DNA from: Scenedesmus sp. PABB004 | Taxonomy: Eukaryota | NCBI GenBank assembly: GCA_014905635.1 | Contig: JABVCE010000027.1 | Span: 310,001-374,000 of the forward strand | DNA length: 64,000 nt | Direction: 5' to 3' | In this document: one piece after another, positions 51,701 to 63,633 of the stretch | How positions within the stretch are numbered: position 1 is the stretch's first letter | Layout: each line of letters opens with the position of its first letter | The notes under the pieces: model-generated | The model's input: the letters and a program-made list of their open reading frames with translations, nothing else | Databases searched by the model: none | What the model was told of the DNA's origin: nothing | Program-made: the position numbers and the translations under genes

Positions 51701-52752
51701 GGGCGGCGGCGGCGGCGGCGGCGGCGGCGCGCTGCTCGCCGCCGCGTCGGCGCGGCTGGCGCTGCTGAGCGGGCCGATCGGCGCGTTTGCGGCGACGCGG
51801 CGCGAGTGGGTGCTGAAGCTGGGCAAGGCGGCGGCGATGGGATTCATGGCCCACGCGAGCGGTGAGCCCGCGCCAGCTGCGCTGCTGCGCCGCAGCGCGG
51901 CGCGCCGCCGGCTGTGGGGCCGCGCCGGCTGCTGGGGGCCGCGCCGGCATTGACGGTGCCCGAGCGCGCCGCCGCCGCTCCGCAGGCTACCTGTGCCGCG
52001 GCGCGGCGTTCAAGGCGAGCAGCGACGCGCTGCCGGCGCTCGCGGCAGAGGGGCTGCTGCTCTCGAGCGGCGTCGTGTCGGGCGAGCTGCAGCCCGCGCT
52101 CGCGTGGCTCGCGGGGCTGCTGGAGGCGCTGTCGGCGCACCTCGACAAGCACTGCTTCCGCCAGGCCTGGGGCGCCGCAGCGGCGGCCATCAACCGGTGC
52201 GCGCGGCGGCCGCGGCGCTCGTCCCTCGTCCCTCGTCCCTCGTCCGTCGTCCTCCGTCCCTCGCCGCCCGCTCCCCGCTCGCCCCCCACGGCGCGCCCCT
52301 CCCCCTCCCCCTCCGCTGCCCCCGTGCTGCCGCCAGGGAGCTGTTCAACGGCGTCGCGTGCGAGGCGCTGTTCAGCGACGCGGGCGCGCTGCAGCTCGCG
52401 GTCGACCACGCCGCGCTGCTCGGCCTGCTGGGCCGATACAGCGCCCGCCCCGGCGCGCACCTGCGCGAGCTCGGCGACGCCGTGCGCCTGCTCAACCTCG
52501 GGCAGGCGCAGGCCGAGTTTGTGCGACAGGTGCGCCGCGTGCGCGGGCCGGGCGCGCGCGGTCAGCCCGCGCCGCCGCCCGCGTGGCCGGCCGCGGCGCG
52601 CCGCCGACGCCGACGCCGCCGCCCGCGCGCCGCAGGCGGTGTCGACGTCGAGCCGCGCGCCCAACGCCGCCGACGTGCTGCGGAGCGTGGGCGTGCACCA
52701 CCTGGACGCCGACCTGGCCGACACCGTGCTCAGCTTGCGCATTTATAAGTGA
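48778..52752 (+). CDS. RINT1/TIP20 (MAG2-like) tethering-complex protein
   Basis: N-terminal coiled coil, VLWLAEELAAPL..LDNPDLLL, LRFIPCPEAQQRYL, and C-terminal FRQAWGAAAAAINR|ELFNGVACEALFSDAGALQLAVD. Divergent. Confidence 0.65.
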
Positions 52753-52901
52753 GCCGCGGCCCTGGCGCGGTGCCGCTCAGCTGCGCCATGCGCGGCGCAG
52801 AGAAGAAGAACACTTGGGCGGCGGCGGCGCTGCGGTCGCCGGCCGGGGCGCTGCGATCGCCGTGGCCAGCGCCACCACGCTGGCGGCGCGTGTGTGTGTC
52901 G

Positions 52902-52906
52902 TGTAA
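52902..52906 (+). promoter_or_regulatory. Chlorophyte TGTAA polyadenylation signal
   Basis: About 150 nt after the RINT1-like stop. Confidence 0.55.
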
Positions 52907-53348
52907 CCGGCACGGACGCTGGCACGGGCAGGAACGTCGCCGTCGTTACCGGGGGCCCGCGCACAGCGCGCGGCCCCGTCAGCTGTGCCAGCTGCGAATG
53001 CGGAGCCCTCCCTATGCTCCCCCGCGCGCCGCCCGCGCGGGGGCCTATGGGTTGGTTGCGCTAGCCATGCCGCCGCGCCGCGACCCTGCCTGCCCTCCGT
53101 CCTCCCCCGCCCGCCCGACGCCCCGAGGTTCAGCTTGGCCCCGCCCGCGGCCGCCGCCGCCGCCTGCACCTCAACACCCCCAGCGCCGCCTGCCGCGCCG
53201 CGTGCGCCGTCGCCCCCCGCGACGGCGCGCGCCGCAGCACGCCGCAGCGCGCCGCAGCGCGCCGCAGCGCGCCGCGGCCAGCCCCCGGCTCAGGGCTCAC
53301 GAGCCCCCGTCAGGGCTCCGGCCGCCTGATGTGAGAGGAGAGCCCTGG

Positions 53349-53410
53349 TCAGGGCTCAGGGCTCAGGGCTCAGGGCTCACAGGGTCAGGGCTCAGGGTCA
53401 GGGTTTAGGG
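53349..53410. repeat. Degenerate telomere-like array (CTCAGGG/TCAGGG)n ending in TTTAGGG
   Basis: About 8 tandem units; the single TTTAGGG overlaps the TAA stop of the adjacent minus-strand gene. Confidence 0.8.
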
Positions 53411-54526
53411 TGCGATGAAGCTCAGGTCAAAGAAGACGCTGCCCCGCACCGCGTCGGTCAGGCGGTCGGCGATGAAGCTGACCATGCCGCTCTTGAACCC
53501 CGTGACCGTCGTGCTCAGCGCGCCGAGCACCGACCCCAGGTCGGACGCGGGGCCCGCATTGTAGGCGATGCTCTTCACGTACAGGTCGCTCGCGAGGATG
53601 GTGTTGATCGGCTCGCGCCCGACCGCGCCGGTCGGGTTGAACAGCACCGTCCCGCGGCCCTCGGCAATGAGGCTGAGGCCGTCGCGCATGAGCTTGTCGC
53701 AGTAGGTGCCCGCGTTGGAGTTGAGGTCGCTGTGCGTGCAGGCGCGCGGCGGCGGGGCGGGGCCGGTCAGCGCGGCGCGGCGCGCGCGCGCGCGCGCGGC
53801 TGCCGAGGCGCGCGCGGCGCGGGCGCGCGGCGCGCGGCGGCGCACCACTGCCCCGAGACGAGGGCCTGCGCCGTCGTGGCGGTGGCGTCCCGCAGCAGCA
53901 GGTTTGCCAGCCAGTAGCAGGTCCCCACGGGGTACCCCTGGCAGGTGAGGTCGGAGCTGCGGCGGCGGCGCGGCGGTGGCGGCGCGTGAGCCCGCACGGC
54001 GGCGGGCACTGCAGGCGGCGGGGCTGGGTGCTGCTGCTGCTTTGACGCCTCGACCGCTGCTGTTGCGCCCGCTGCGCGGCCCGGCGGCGCGCGCCGCCGC
54101 GACTGCCGGCGCGCGGCCGCCGCACGTGTAGGAGACCGACGTCGCGTTCAGGGGCAGCGTGGAGCTGGCATCCGTGGTCACGATGACCTCGCCGGTCTGG
54201 GTGACCCCGATGCTTTTCTTGCCCACCCCGAGCGGCGGCGCCTCGCTCTCGAGCGGCGGCGTGTAGCCCTTGGGCCCGCTCGCGTGCGCCACGCTGCTGC
54301 CGCTGCTGCTCACCGCGCCCTTCGCAGCGCCGGCGCCGGCGCTGTGCGCTGCACCGGCGCCAGCGCCCCGTACTGCCCGCGGGGCATGGGCGCTGCTCGC
54401 CGCGTGCGTCGCGGGCGCGTCTGTCCAAAATGCCGCGCCGTCGTCGGCCTTAGGCTTCCCTCCGCTCGCTGAGCAGACTGCCAGGCCGCAGAGGCACGCC
54501 AGCAGCGCGAGCCGGTAGCGCGCCAT
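53405..54526 (-). CDS. Uncharacterised secreted protein (paralog A), 3 exons
   Basis: Signal peptide MARYRLALLACLCGLAVCSA, a low-complexity linker, then a beta-rich domain ending RGSVFFDLSFIAP*. Confidence 0.75.
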   Translation of the reverse strand: MARYRLALLACLCGLAVCSASGGKPKADDGAAFWTDAPATHAASSAHAPRAVRGAGAGAAHSAGAGAAKGAVSSSGSSVAHASGPKGYTPPLESEAPPLGVGKKSIGVTQTGEVIVTTDASSTLPLNATSVSYTCGGRAPAVAAARAAGPRSGRNSSGRGVKAAAAPSPAACSARRRAGSRAATAAPPPQLRPHLPGVPRGDLLLAGKPAAAGRHRHDGAGPRLGAVVRRRAPRARAARASAAARARARRAALTGPAPPPRACTHSDLNSNAGTYCDKLMRDGLSLIAEGRGTVLFNPTGAVGREPINTILASDLYVKSIAYNAGPASDLGSVLGALSTTVTGFKSGMVSFIADRLTDAVRGSVFFDLSFIAP

Positions 54527-54833
54527 CTCCGTGCGGCAACGCGCGGGCCTGAACGACGGTGCAGGCGCGGCGGGGAGCTTTGGCTGCGTTATTGAAGGAC
54601 GTGAGAAGTGTGGCGGGGCCGCGGCGACGCGCAAGGGAAGACGCGCGGCCCCGAGCTCTCCCAATCCCGGGGTCGCAGCTGCCCGTGCGCGCTGCCTGGC
54701 TCGCCCACAGATCTTATCGGAAGCCCCTGAACTGTCTGTGAGCTCGGCTCCGCGCGCGGTGAGCCGACGCCGCCGCGGGCGCCGCCGGCGCGCGCCGACG
54801 CTGCCGCGGGCCGTCCGGACCGCGCGCCAGCTG

Positions 54834-54838
54834 TTACA
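54834..54838 (-). promoter_or_regulatory. TGTAA polyadenylation signal of paralog B
   Basis: TTACA on the + strand about 350 nt downstream of the stop at 55187. Confidence 0.45.
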
Positions 54839-55186
54839 CACCGCAGCAGCCCTCCCGGCTGCTGAAACAGACCCCAGCAGTTTCATGCCACGCTGCGGCA
54901 GCTATCGGGGCTCGGGCGCGCCCACAGCCGCGTGCGCGGGGGAGCACAGGCCGCCGCTGGACCCGGGACACGCCCTCGCCTATGGGTTTGCTAGCTCACC
55001 CCGCTAGACCTCCTATGCCGGCCCCCCCCCACACATGCCCCCTCCCCGGAGCACCCCTGGTGCTCCACCCAGCAGTGCAATGCCCGCCGCTGCCGGCGGG
55101 GGCGCCCGCGCGCCTCGGCCTCGGCGGCGCGCCCGCGGCGGGGCCCCGCCGCGGGCCTCGCGGCGCGTGCCTCGCGGTGCGGCCTC

Positions 55187-56534
55187 TCACAGCACGCCGC
55201 TGAGGGGGCCGCCCTTGAAGAGGTTGAACGTCACGTAGCCGGAGTAGGTCGGCGTCGTGCTCGCCGCGACGCCCGCGCCGCCCGACACGCTCACCGCGGC
55301 CGCCAGGCCGTCCTGCTTGACCGCGACCTGCAGCCCGCCGCGCTTGAACCCCAGGATGCCCGAGAGCAGCGTGTCGGGGCGGCCCTCGGTGTAGATGCCG
55401 TCCACGAGCAGGTAGCTGTCGCCGGTGCCAAACGCGGCCACGGTGGAGCTGGCCGAGTCCATGGTCATGTACACGCGCCCGCTGCCCATCACGGTCATGC
55501 GGTTGCGGAACTGGGGGTCGCAGCGGTACGCGTCGGGGCCGAGCGTGCTGCGGGGCGGGGACGGGAGGCGCGGGCCGCAGCGGCGCGGCGGCGGGCGGCG
55601 GGCGTGGGCGGCGGCGACGGCGGCGGCGGCGGCGGCGGCGGCGGGCGGCGCGGGGCGCCTGGCGAAGGGCGCGCGCTCGGGCGCCGGCTCGCGCGCCGCG
55701 CGGTCAGGGTTTTGGCCGCTCCGCTGAGCCCCGCTGAGCCCCGCTGAGCCCCGCAGCTGAGGCGCACCAGAGGATGTTGGTCATGGCAGGGTAGCCCTTT
55801 GTGTCGGGCGCGAGCACGCTGGCGGTGAGGTCGCAGTACCCCGCCAGCACGTCGCCGACGGCGGGGATGTTGCAGAAAAAGTTGGACCTGGCGGCGCGGG
55901 GGCGCGGGGGGCGCGGGTCAGCGAAAGCACGGCGCGGCGCGGCGCGGCGGCCTGGCGCAGCCGGCGGCTGCCGAGCCTGCCGCAGCCCGGCCGCCGCGCC
56001 CGGCACCGGCTGCAGCGCGCCCCGCAGCCGCAGCGTCAGCAGCCGCGGCAGCACCGCCAGCGGCGGCGGCGGCGCTCACGAGTAGGAGAACGAGCTGGGC
56101 ACGCCGGTCGTCGCGGCGCGCGTGCTGGCCTGCGCCTGGAGCGTGCCGCCCACCAGCAGCGGCGCCGGCTCCAGCGGCAGCTGCAGGCCGCGGATGTCCT
56201 TGGAGAGCTTGGACATGGCGTCGCCGCCGGTCGCGAGCGCAAAGCGCGTGAGGTTCGTGAGTGGCAGCGGCAGCTGCTGCGGCGCCGCCGCGGCCGGCTG
56301 CGGCGCCGCCGCTGCGGGCTTGGCTGCCTTGGGCGCGGCCTTGGCCGGCGCCGAGGGGCTGCTGCGGCTCTCGGGCGCGCGCGGCCGGGGCGCCGCGTTC
56401 GCGCCTACTGCGCCCGCGGCCGGCTGCCCCGCGGGCGCCGCGGCGGTGAGGCCGCGCGCCGCTGCGCTGCCCGCCAGCAGAGCGAGCAGCGCCAGGGCTG
56501 CCGGCGCCCAGCGGAGCCGGTTAGTGCGCGCCAT
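55187..56534 (-). CDS. Uncharacterised secreted protein (paralog B), 3 exons
   Basis: Signal peptide MARTNRLRWAPAALALLALLAGSAAA, a Pro/Ala linker, SSFSYS|SNFFCNIP..GYCDL..ILW|..YRCDPQFRNRMTVMGSGRV..GFKRGG..GYVTFNLF. Confidence 0.75.
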
Positions 56535-56865
56535 CTCTGGTTTCGCGGCCTCGCTGCCGAGCTGCGTGCGCTGCAGCTGGTGCGGGCGCTGGCTGAGGCT
56601 TGTGGGGCTGCAAAAAAGCTGCCGGGCGCGTCTGGCGGGCGGGGGAGAGAGAGCGCGGGGCGGGGGAGCCCGCGAGTCGCAGTACCGGCTGGCTCTCGGC
56701 CCTTGCGACCCGACGACCGGCCCGCGACGGGCGCAACGGACGCGCGAGACTGGTTCACGCCGCGGCGACGCGCGCCGGCGCGCTCGGCGACCCGGCCCGG
56801 CTCTCTCGGCGCCGCCGAGCGGCGCGCACACCGCCCTCACAGCATGCACGCTCGCTGCACTGCCC

Positions 56866-58119
56866 TCACAGCGTGTAGTCGTGGTGGGCTATGTCGGCCT
56901 GATAGCCCCGCCTGCGCAGCAGCCGTGGCGGCGGCGTGCGGCGTTTGAGCGCGCACGACGGTGCGCCGCGCCGCGCTGCGCACGCTGCCGCCGGCCCTCA
57001 CCAAACTGCCCGGAACTCCTCTCGCGCGCTGGCGAGCCGCGCTTTGAGGTTGGGCGAGCGCAGGCTGGCGTGGCACAGCGCCAGCCCCACGCCTGCGCGT
57101 GGGTGTGAGCGGCGGGGCGGGCAGGTCGGCGCCGCCCGGCCCCCCTCTCGCCCGCGAGCGAGCTGGCGCCGCGCTGCCAGCTGCCCCAGCGCACGGCGCA
57201 CCTGCCAGCAGCGCTATCGTCAGCAGCAGCCACGCCCGCGCGCACCACCAGCAGTAGACTGCGCCGGCCCCCACGAGCGCGACAAACGCCGGCCGCGCCA
57301 CCCCCAGCACGCGCACGTTGCTGTTGCGCTGCTGCGACGAGCTGCGGCGGCACGCGGCGGCAGGCGTGGGCAGCCGGCGCCGCCGCTGCGGCCGCCAGCG
57401 CCGCGCGTGCACGCGTGCGCGCGTGCGCGTGCGGCCGCCCGCACTCACGCGAGGCTGCCCTGCTGCGGCGGGGCGCAGCGGCTGCGCAGCAGCGCCGCGC
57501 TGTGTGGGTGCACCCTGCGCAGCAGCCGCACCGCCAGCTCGCTGCGCGCGGCGGCCGCGGCAGGAGCAGCACGTGCGGCGTCAGCGGGCGGCACACCGCA
57601 GCGCGCGCTCTCGCGCCGCCCTGCCGCCCGTGCCGCCGCCGCGCCCTCGCGCCGCCCCGCCGCCTCGCCGCGCTCCCCGCGGGCGCCGCCGCGGCGCCCC
57701 TTGCCCGGCTCCCCGCCCCTGCTCCCCGCGCGCACTTGAGGCTGGCCGCAAAGGGGTCATTGAACGCCAGCGCCGCCGCGAGCGCGATTGCCGCGCCGAG
57801 CAGGCCGAGCGGGCGCCGCGCGAGGCCGGCGGCGAGCGCTGCGGCGAGCAGGGCGAGATAGTTTGTCCTGTAGTAGTACGCGTTGCACTTGAGCCGGCTC
57901 GTCCACTTGCTGTGGCTGTTGGGCACGCTGAACTTGGAGACCTGCAGGAACTCCCACACCGGCCGCGGCGCCGCCCAGTCGACCTGCCCAGGCGGCGGGC
58001 GCGGCGGCGCTCGGGCGGCGGCGTCGGGCCGCTGCGGGAGGGCCCCCGCCCGCCGCCGCCGCGCGCACCTCGCGGAGCGCGTCCACCAGCTCCCCGGCGG
58101 TCACGTTGGACCAGTCCAT
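56866..58119 (-). CDS. PRA1: PRA1 (prenylated Rab acceptor) family protein, PRA1.A-like
   Basis: MDWSNVTAGELVDALRE|VDWAAPRPVWEF..KWTSRLKCNAYYYRTNY..HASLRSPNLKARLASAREEFRAVW|RGYQADIAHHDYTL*. Confidence 0.9.
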
Positions 58120-58620
58120 GCCCGCCGCGCGGGCCGCGCCGCGGCGCCCGCCCGCGTGGCGGCGCTGATGCTGCGGCGCTTGCGGCGGAGGGGCGCGGCC
58201 GGCGCTGCGCTTGGTTCAGCGACGTGGTCGAGGCACGCAGATCAGCTGGGGCGATCCGCCGGCTGTCTCGGCCGCGCGTCGAGCGAGGGTGGCGCGGATG
58301 CAGCAGGAGCAGCAGCAGGTCGGGGAGCGAGAGCAGGTGGCGCGGTCGTTCAGGACGGGCAGGCGGCGTGGGCGGTGATCGCGCAGCCGGAGGAGCAGGT
58401 GCAGGAAGACCGCCAGGCGGGGTTTGCGGCGCCGCCGTTGTCGTCGTGCCTTTTTGCTGCAGCACGGGCCCCCACCCTCAGTGGACGCTGCGCTGCCTCC
58501 TCTGGGCGACAGGCCATCTCACTCGCCGCTGCCGCCGGCCGGCGCCGCTGCTGCCGCGCGCACGCTCGCGGCTCGGGCACGCTCGCGGCTGCTGCCCAGT
58601 CGGGTGGCTGGGGCTCGCCA

Positions 58621-61158
58621 ATGGCTTACAACGCGCTGCTGGAGCAGGCCGCCGGCGGCGCGGCGCTGCCCTTCACCTCCCGGTGAGCGCGCGCGCGGCT
58701 GGCGGCGCGCTTTCCATCCTGTGGCGAGCGCCGCTGGCCGCCGCCGGCGCCGGCGCGCGGCCGCGCGCAGGCGCTCGCCCGTTTACGGCACGCGCGGCAT
58801 GGTCTCGGCGAGCCAGCCGCTCGCGGCCGAGGCGGGGCTGCGCGTGCTGCAGGCGGGCGGCAACGCGGCCGACGCGGCGGTCGCGGTCGGCGCGGCGCTG
58901 GGCGTGACTGAGCCCTGCTCCACGGGGCTGGGCGGCGACGCCTTTGCGCTCTTCTATCGCGCCGCGGACCGCCGCGTGCTGTGCCTGCAGGGCAGCGGCG
59001 CGGCGCCGGCGGGGCTCTCGCTCGCCGCGGTGCGCGCCGCGGGCGTGGCGGGGCCGGAGCTTCCGCACCGCAGCCCGCTCTGCGTCTCCGTCCCCGGCGC
59101 CGCCGCGCTGTGGGACGACGCGCTGGCGGCGTGGGGCAGCGGTGCGGTCTCGCTGCGCGACGCGCTCGCGCCGGCGGTGGAGCTCGCGGAGCGTGGGTTT
59201 CCGGTCAGCCCCCTCACCGCGCACGACTGGTGCCGGGGCGCGGCGGTCGTCGCCGACGCGGGCGGCCCCGGCGCGCGCGCGCTCGTCGACGCGGCCGGCC
59301 GCGGGCCGGCGCCGGGGCAGCTCTGGCGCAACCCCGACCTCGCCGCGACGTACCGCCGCCTGGGCGAGCACGGCGCCGCACGGGGTGCGCGGCGGCGGGG
59401 GGCGCCGCCGAGGGCGGGGGATGCCGCGGCGGCGAGGGGTGCCGCGCTGCGGCGGGGGGCGCCGCTGGGCCGATGGCTGGCGCCGCGCCGCGCCGCGCTG
59501 CGCCGCGCGCAGGCTTTTACAGCGGGCCCGTGGCGGACGCGATCGTCGCCGCGCTGGCGGGCCGCGGCGGCGTGATGGCGGCGGAGGACCTCGCGGCGCA
59601 CCGCACGATCGAGACCGAGCCGGCGTGCTGCTCGTACATGTGAGCCCGCCGCCGGCGCGCGGGCGGGCGGTGGTCGGCGCGCGTGCGGCGCGGGGCTCAC
59701 GCGCTGCCGCGCCGCGCCGCCGCGCGGGCGCAGGGGGCACACGGTGTGGCAGGTGCCGCCGCCGACCGCGGGCGTGGTGGCGCTGATGGCCCTCAACATA
59801 ATGGAGGCCCACCGCGCCGCCGCGGCCGGGGCCGGGCGCGCCGACGGGCAGCAGGCGGCGCCGCCGCGCCTCAACCTGGGCGAGCCGCGCCCCGGGGCGG
59901 CGTGGAGCGCCGAGCAGGTGCACCTGGGCGTCGAAGCGCTGCGGCTGTCGTTCGCCGACGCGCTGGCCTGGGTGTGCGACCCGCACGCGCACGAGCTGCC
60001 GCTGCAGGTGCGCGGCGTGCGCGGCGTGCGCGCGGCAGGCGCGCTGCGGCGGCGGGCTGCGCGCGCGGCGCGGCGCGCGGGCGGCCGAGCGCGGCGGCCG
60101 CGGCGCGCAGGAGCTGGTGTGCGCTGAGCGCGCGGCGCGGCGGTATGCTCGCTTCTTTGACCCAGCCAAGGTGAGGAGGAGGAGCGGGCGCAGCGGCCGG
60201 CTGGGCGGCCGGCGCGCGTGGGGCCCGCGAGCCCGTCAGCCCCTGGAGCCCCTGATGGGCCCGCGGGGCGGCCGCGCAGATCTGCGCGCCAGAGCCGTGC
60301 GAGGAGGTGCCGCGCGGCGTCCCCAAGCGCGTCAAGGGCGGCGACACCTGCCAGTGGGTGGTGCGTCGCGCGGCCGCGCGCCCGCCGAGGGCCGCGCGCC
60401 GCCGCCCCGTGCCTGGCGCTCGGCAGCCAGGCCGCACGCGAGGCCGCGCGCGGGGGGGCCGCCGGCGCGCAGGTGGTGGACGGGCAGGGCAACGCGGCGA
60501 GCTTCATCCAGAGCAACTACATGGGCTTTGGCACCGGCATCGTCCCCGAGGTGAGAGGTGGCCCGCGGCTGTGCCGCAGGCGCCTGTGACCGACCACACG
60601 CGCCGCGGCCTTGCCCCGCCCAGCGCCCGCGGCCCCGCGCCGCGCGCCGCGCCTGCGCAGGGGACCGGGTTCAGCCTGCAGAACCGCTGCCACGGCTTCA
60701 ACCTCGAGCCGGCGCACCCCAACAGCCTCGCGCCGGGCAAGCGGCCCTACCACACCATCATGCCGGGGCTGCTCACCGGCCCCGGAGGAGAGCTGGCGGC
60801 GGCGTACGGCTGCATGGGCGCGTACATGCAGCCCCAGGGCCACGTGCAGCTGCTGGCGAGCCTGCTGGAGCTGGGGCTGGACCCGCAGGACGCGCTCGAC
60901 GCGCCGCGCTTCTGCATCGACGGCCTCGACTCGGCTATCGGCCCCGCGAGCGTGCTGGGCGGCGCGCTGCTGCTGGAGGACGGCTTCGCCGCGCACGTGC
61001 GCGACGCGCTCGCGGCGCGCGGCCACGCGGTGCGCGTGCGCGCCGGCCGCGCGCGGTCCGTGTTTGGCAAGGGCGCCATCATCGTGCGCGACGCGGCGAC
61101 CGGCGTGCTTGCCGGCGGCGCCGACCCGCGCGGCGACGGCAGCGTGGCGGCGTGGTGA
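58621..61158 (+). CDS. GGT: Gamma-glutamyltransferase / glutathione hydrolase (YwrD-like)
   Basis: GMVSASQPLA..GGNAADAAVA..EPCSTGLGGDAF, nucleophile motif GGDTCQWV|VVDGQGNAASFIQSNYMGFGTG, PGKRPYHTIMPG, MGAYMQPQGH, GGADPRGDG. Confidence 0.95.
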
Positions 61159-61379
61159 AGCGCGAGGGCGGTTCTGCGCGCGGTGCCCCGGGCGCGGTGA
61201 CCCTTCCGCCCAGGCCGACATCAGCAGTTCTCGTGAGGCGAGATCTCCGCTGTGTCCCCCTTGGCGGCGGCCGCACGCGCAGCGCTCTCCGTCCAGTCAG
61301 CGCACGCAGCTCTCGCCTCCCTCTCGCGCCGCTGGCCCGGTCGCCTGCCGCGCGGCAGCGTCCAGGCGCTGGCGGCGGT

Positions 61380-62927
61380 ATGCTGCTCGCTGCCGCGGCG
61401 TCGGCAGCCTGGCGCCAGGCACCGCGCGCGGCAGCAGCGGCGTCGCTCCGGGCGGCCCGCGGAGCGGCCAGCTCGGCCGCCGCCACCGAGCGCCCGCTCG
61501 CGCTCGATGCTCACGTGAGCTGCCGAGCAGAGACGCTGCAGCTCAGGCGCTGAACGAGCGCGGCGGCGCCGCTGCTCGCCCGCGGGCGAGCTCCCGCCTC
61601 ACTCCGGCCGCCGGCCGCCGGCCGCCGCCCGCCGCAGGGCACGATCGGCTTCATTGGCGTGGGCAACCTCGGTGCGCCGTCGGCGGCCAACCTGCTCCGC
61701 GCCGGCCTGCCGGTCCTCGTGTACGACCGCGACGCCGCCGCGGTCGCGCGCCTGACCGCGCTCGGCGCGCGCGCGGCGGCGAGCCCGCAGGAGATCGCCG
61801 AGACGCCCGGTGCGGGGCCCGGCGCGGCCGCGCCCCTCCCGCCCGCCCGCGCTCACGCCTGACGCGCCGCCGCGTGGCCGCAGGCGTGACGGCGGTCGTG
61901 AGCATGCTGCCCAGCACGGAGCACGTGGAGGCGGTGTACGACGGCCCCGATGGCCTCCTCTCAGCCCGGGGCGGCCTCCAGCCGGCGCTGCTCATTGACT
62001 GCAGCACCATCCTCCCCACGTTCACCGCCGCGCTCGCCGCGCGCGTCGCGGCGGCCCCGCTCGCGCCCGGCGCGCGGCGCGCCGGCGCCGGCGGCGGCGC
62101 GGTGCTCGTCGACGCGCCGGCCTCGGGCGGCGTGCCGGGGGCGGTCGCGGGGACTCTGAGCTTCATGTGCGGCGGCACCGAGGAGGCGGTGCGCGCGGCG
62201 ACGCCCATCCTGCAGGCCATGGGCAAGCGCGTGCAGCGCCTGGGCCCGCCGGGCGCGGGGCAGGCCGCCAAGATCTGCAACAACCTGGCGATGGCGATCC
62301 AGGTGCGGCATTTCAGGTGGGGGAGCGCGGAGCCGCCCCTCGCCCGCCCCGCCGCCGCCGCTGACGACGACGCGCGTGCCGCCGCCGCGCCGGGCGGCCG
62401 TCACCCCCTCACCTGCAGATGGCGGGCGTGGCCGAGGCGCTCGCGCTCGGCGCGGCGCTCGGGCTGGACCCGGCGCGCCTGAGCGCCGTCTTCAACGCGT
62501 CCTCGGCGCGCTGCTGGTCCAGCGAGTGCTACAACCCCGCGCCGGTGCGGGCGCGGGGCGCGCCGGCGGCCGGCAGCGGGCGCGGCGCACAGCGTGCCTC
62601 CTTCCTCGCCCAACGCACGCGCGCCCGCCGCCGTGGGGCCAGGGCGTGATGGCGGACGTGCCGGCGGCGCGGGGCTACGCCAACGGCTTCTCCGCGGCGC
62701 TGATGGCCAAGGACCTGCGCCTCGCGCTCAGCCTCGCCGCAACCGCGCCGTCGAGGCCGCAGCCGCTGCACATGGGCGAGCGCGCCTCGCAGCTCTACTC
62801 GGCGGTCGTGGAGGCCTCGCCCGTGCCGGTGGACTTTAGCGCCGTCTACACGGTCGTCTATGGCGGCACGCCCGCCGGCGCGCCGCCGTCGACCGGCGGC
62901 GCGGCGGTGCGGAGCGGCAGCGATTGA
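61380..62927 (+). CDS. HIBADH: 3-hydroxyisobutyrate dehydrogenase family protein with a mitochondrial-type presequence
   Basis: GFIGVGNLG, LLIDCSTI, VDAPASGG..GTLSFMCGG, GQAAKICNNL, SSARCWSS..YNP, GFSAALMAKDL. Confidence 0.92.
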
Positions 62928-63633
62928 TGCGGAGCCGCCGCGGTTGACCGCGCGGCGCGGTGCGAGAGCGTGTCAGCGAGCGTAGGCGCGGCAGGGCGCG
63001 AGGCGCGCGGCTCAATGCGGAGGGTGGAACTTCACTGCGCGCGCGGCGCCGGCGGCGGGCCGCTGTGGACTTCAGCCCCGCCGCGCGGCGTGCCACCACA
63101 CCGAACGCGCTCTGCGCTCGCCAACGCATCGTCCGTGACAGGGTCGGCACCCGCTCTGGCCGAGGGCATTCTATATAGGCCCCGCTCCGCCGCCGAGCGG
63201 CCGCTGCGGCGGCCACGCCCGAGCGTAGAGACACACCTAGCAATCTCAGCGCGCCACAAGCGGCGCAAAGCGTCAAGCAAGCGCTGCACGCGCAGGTTGG
63301 GCGGCAGGCCAGGCGCACGGGCTTGCGCGGCAGCCTAGCCGCCGCCAGGGGGCTGCTCAGCCGGCCCAGGCGCCATGGCGCGGCTTGGGTGACCTCGGGG
63401 CCGGCAGCGATCAGCGTTTGGACGCGCCGCGAGCAGGGGCGGGGCGCAGATGCTGGCCAGGCAGCCACGCCTGTCCCAGCGCGCAGGGCGTCTTGTTCGC
63501 GCCGCGCCGGCTCCAGAGCAGCTCAGAGCAGCCCAACGAGCACTGAGGCGTCGGCGTTGGGAGTCTCACTCAAAGCTGCCCCGCCGCCGCCGTTCGCGCC
63601 GCGCCGCAGGCTGACCACGGCGCGCGCGACCTG

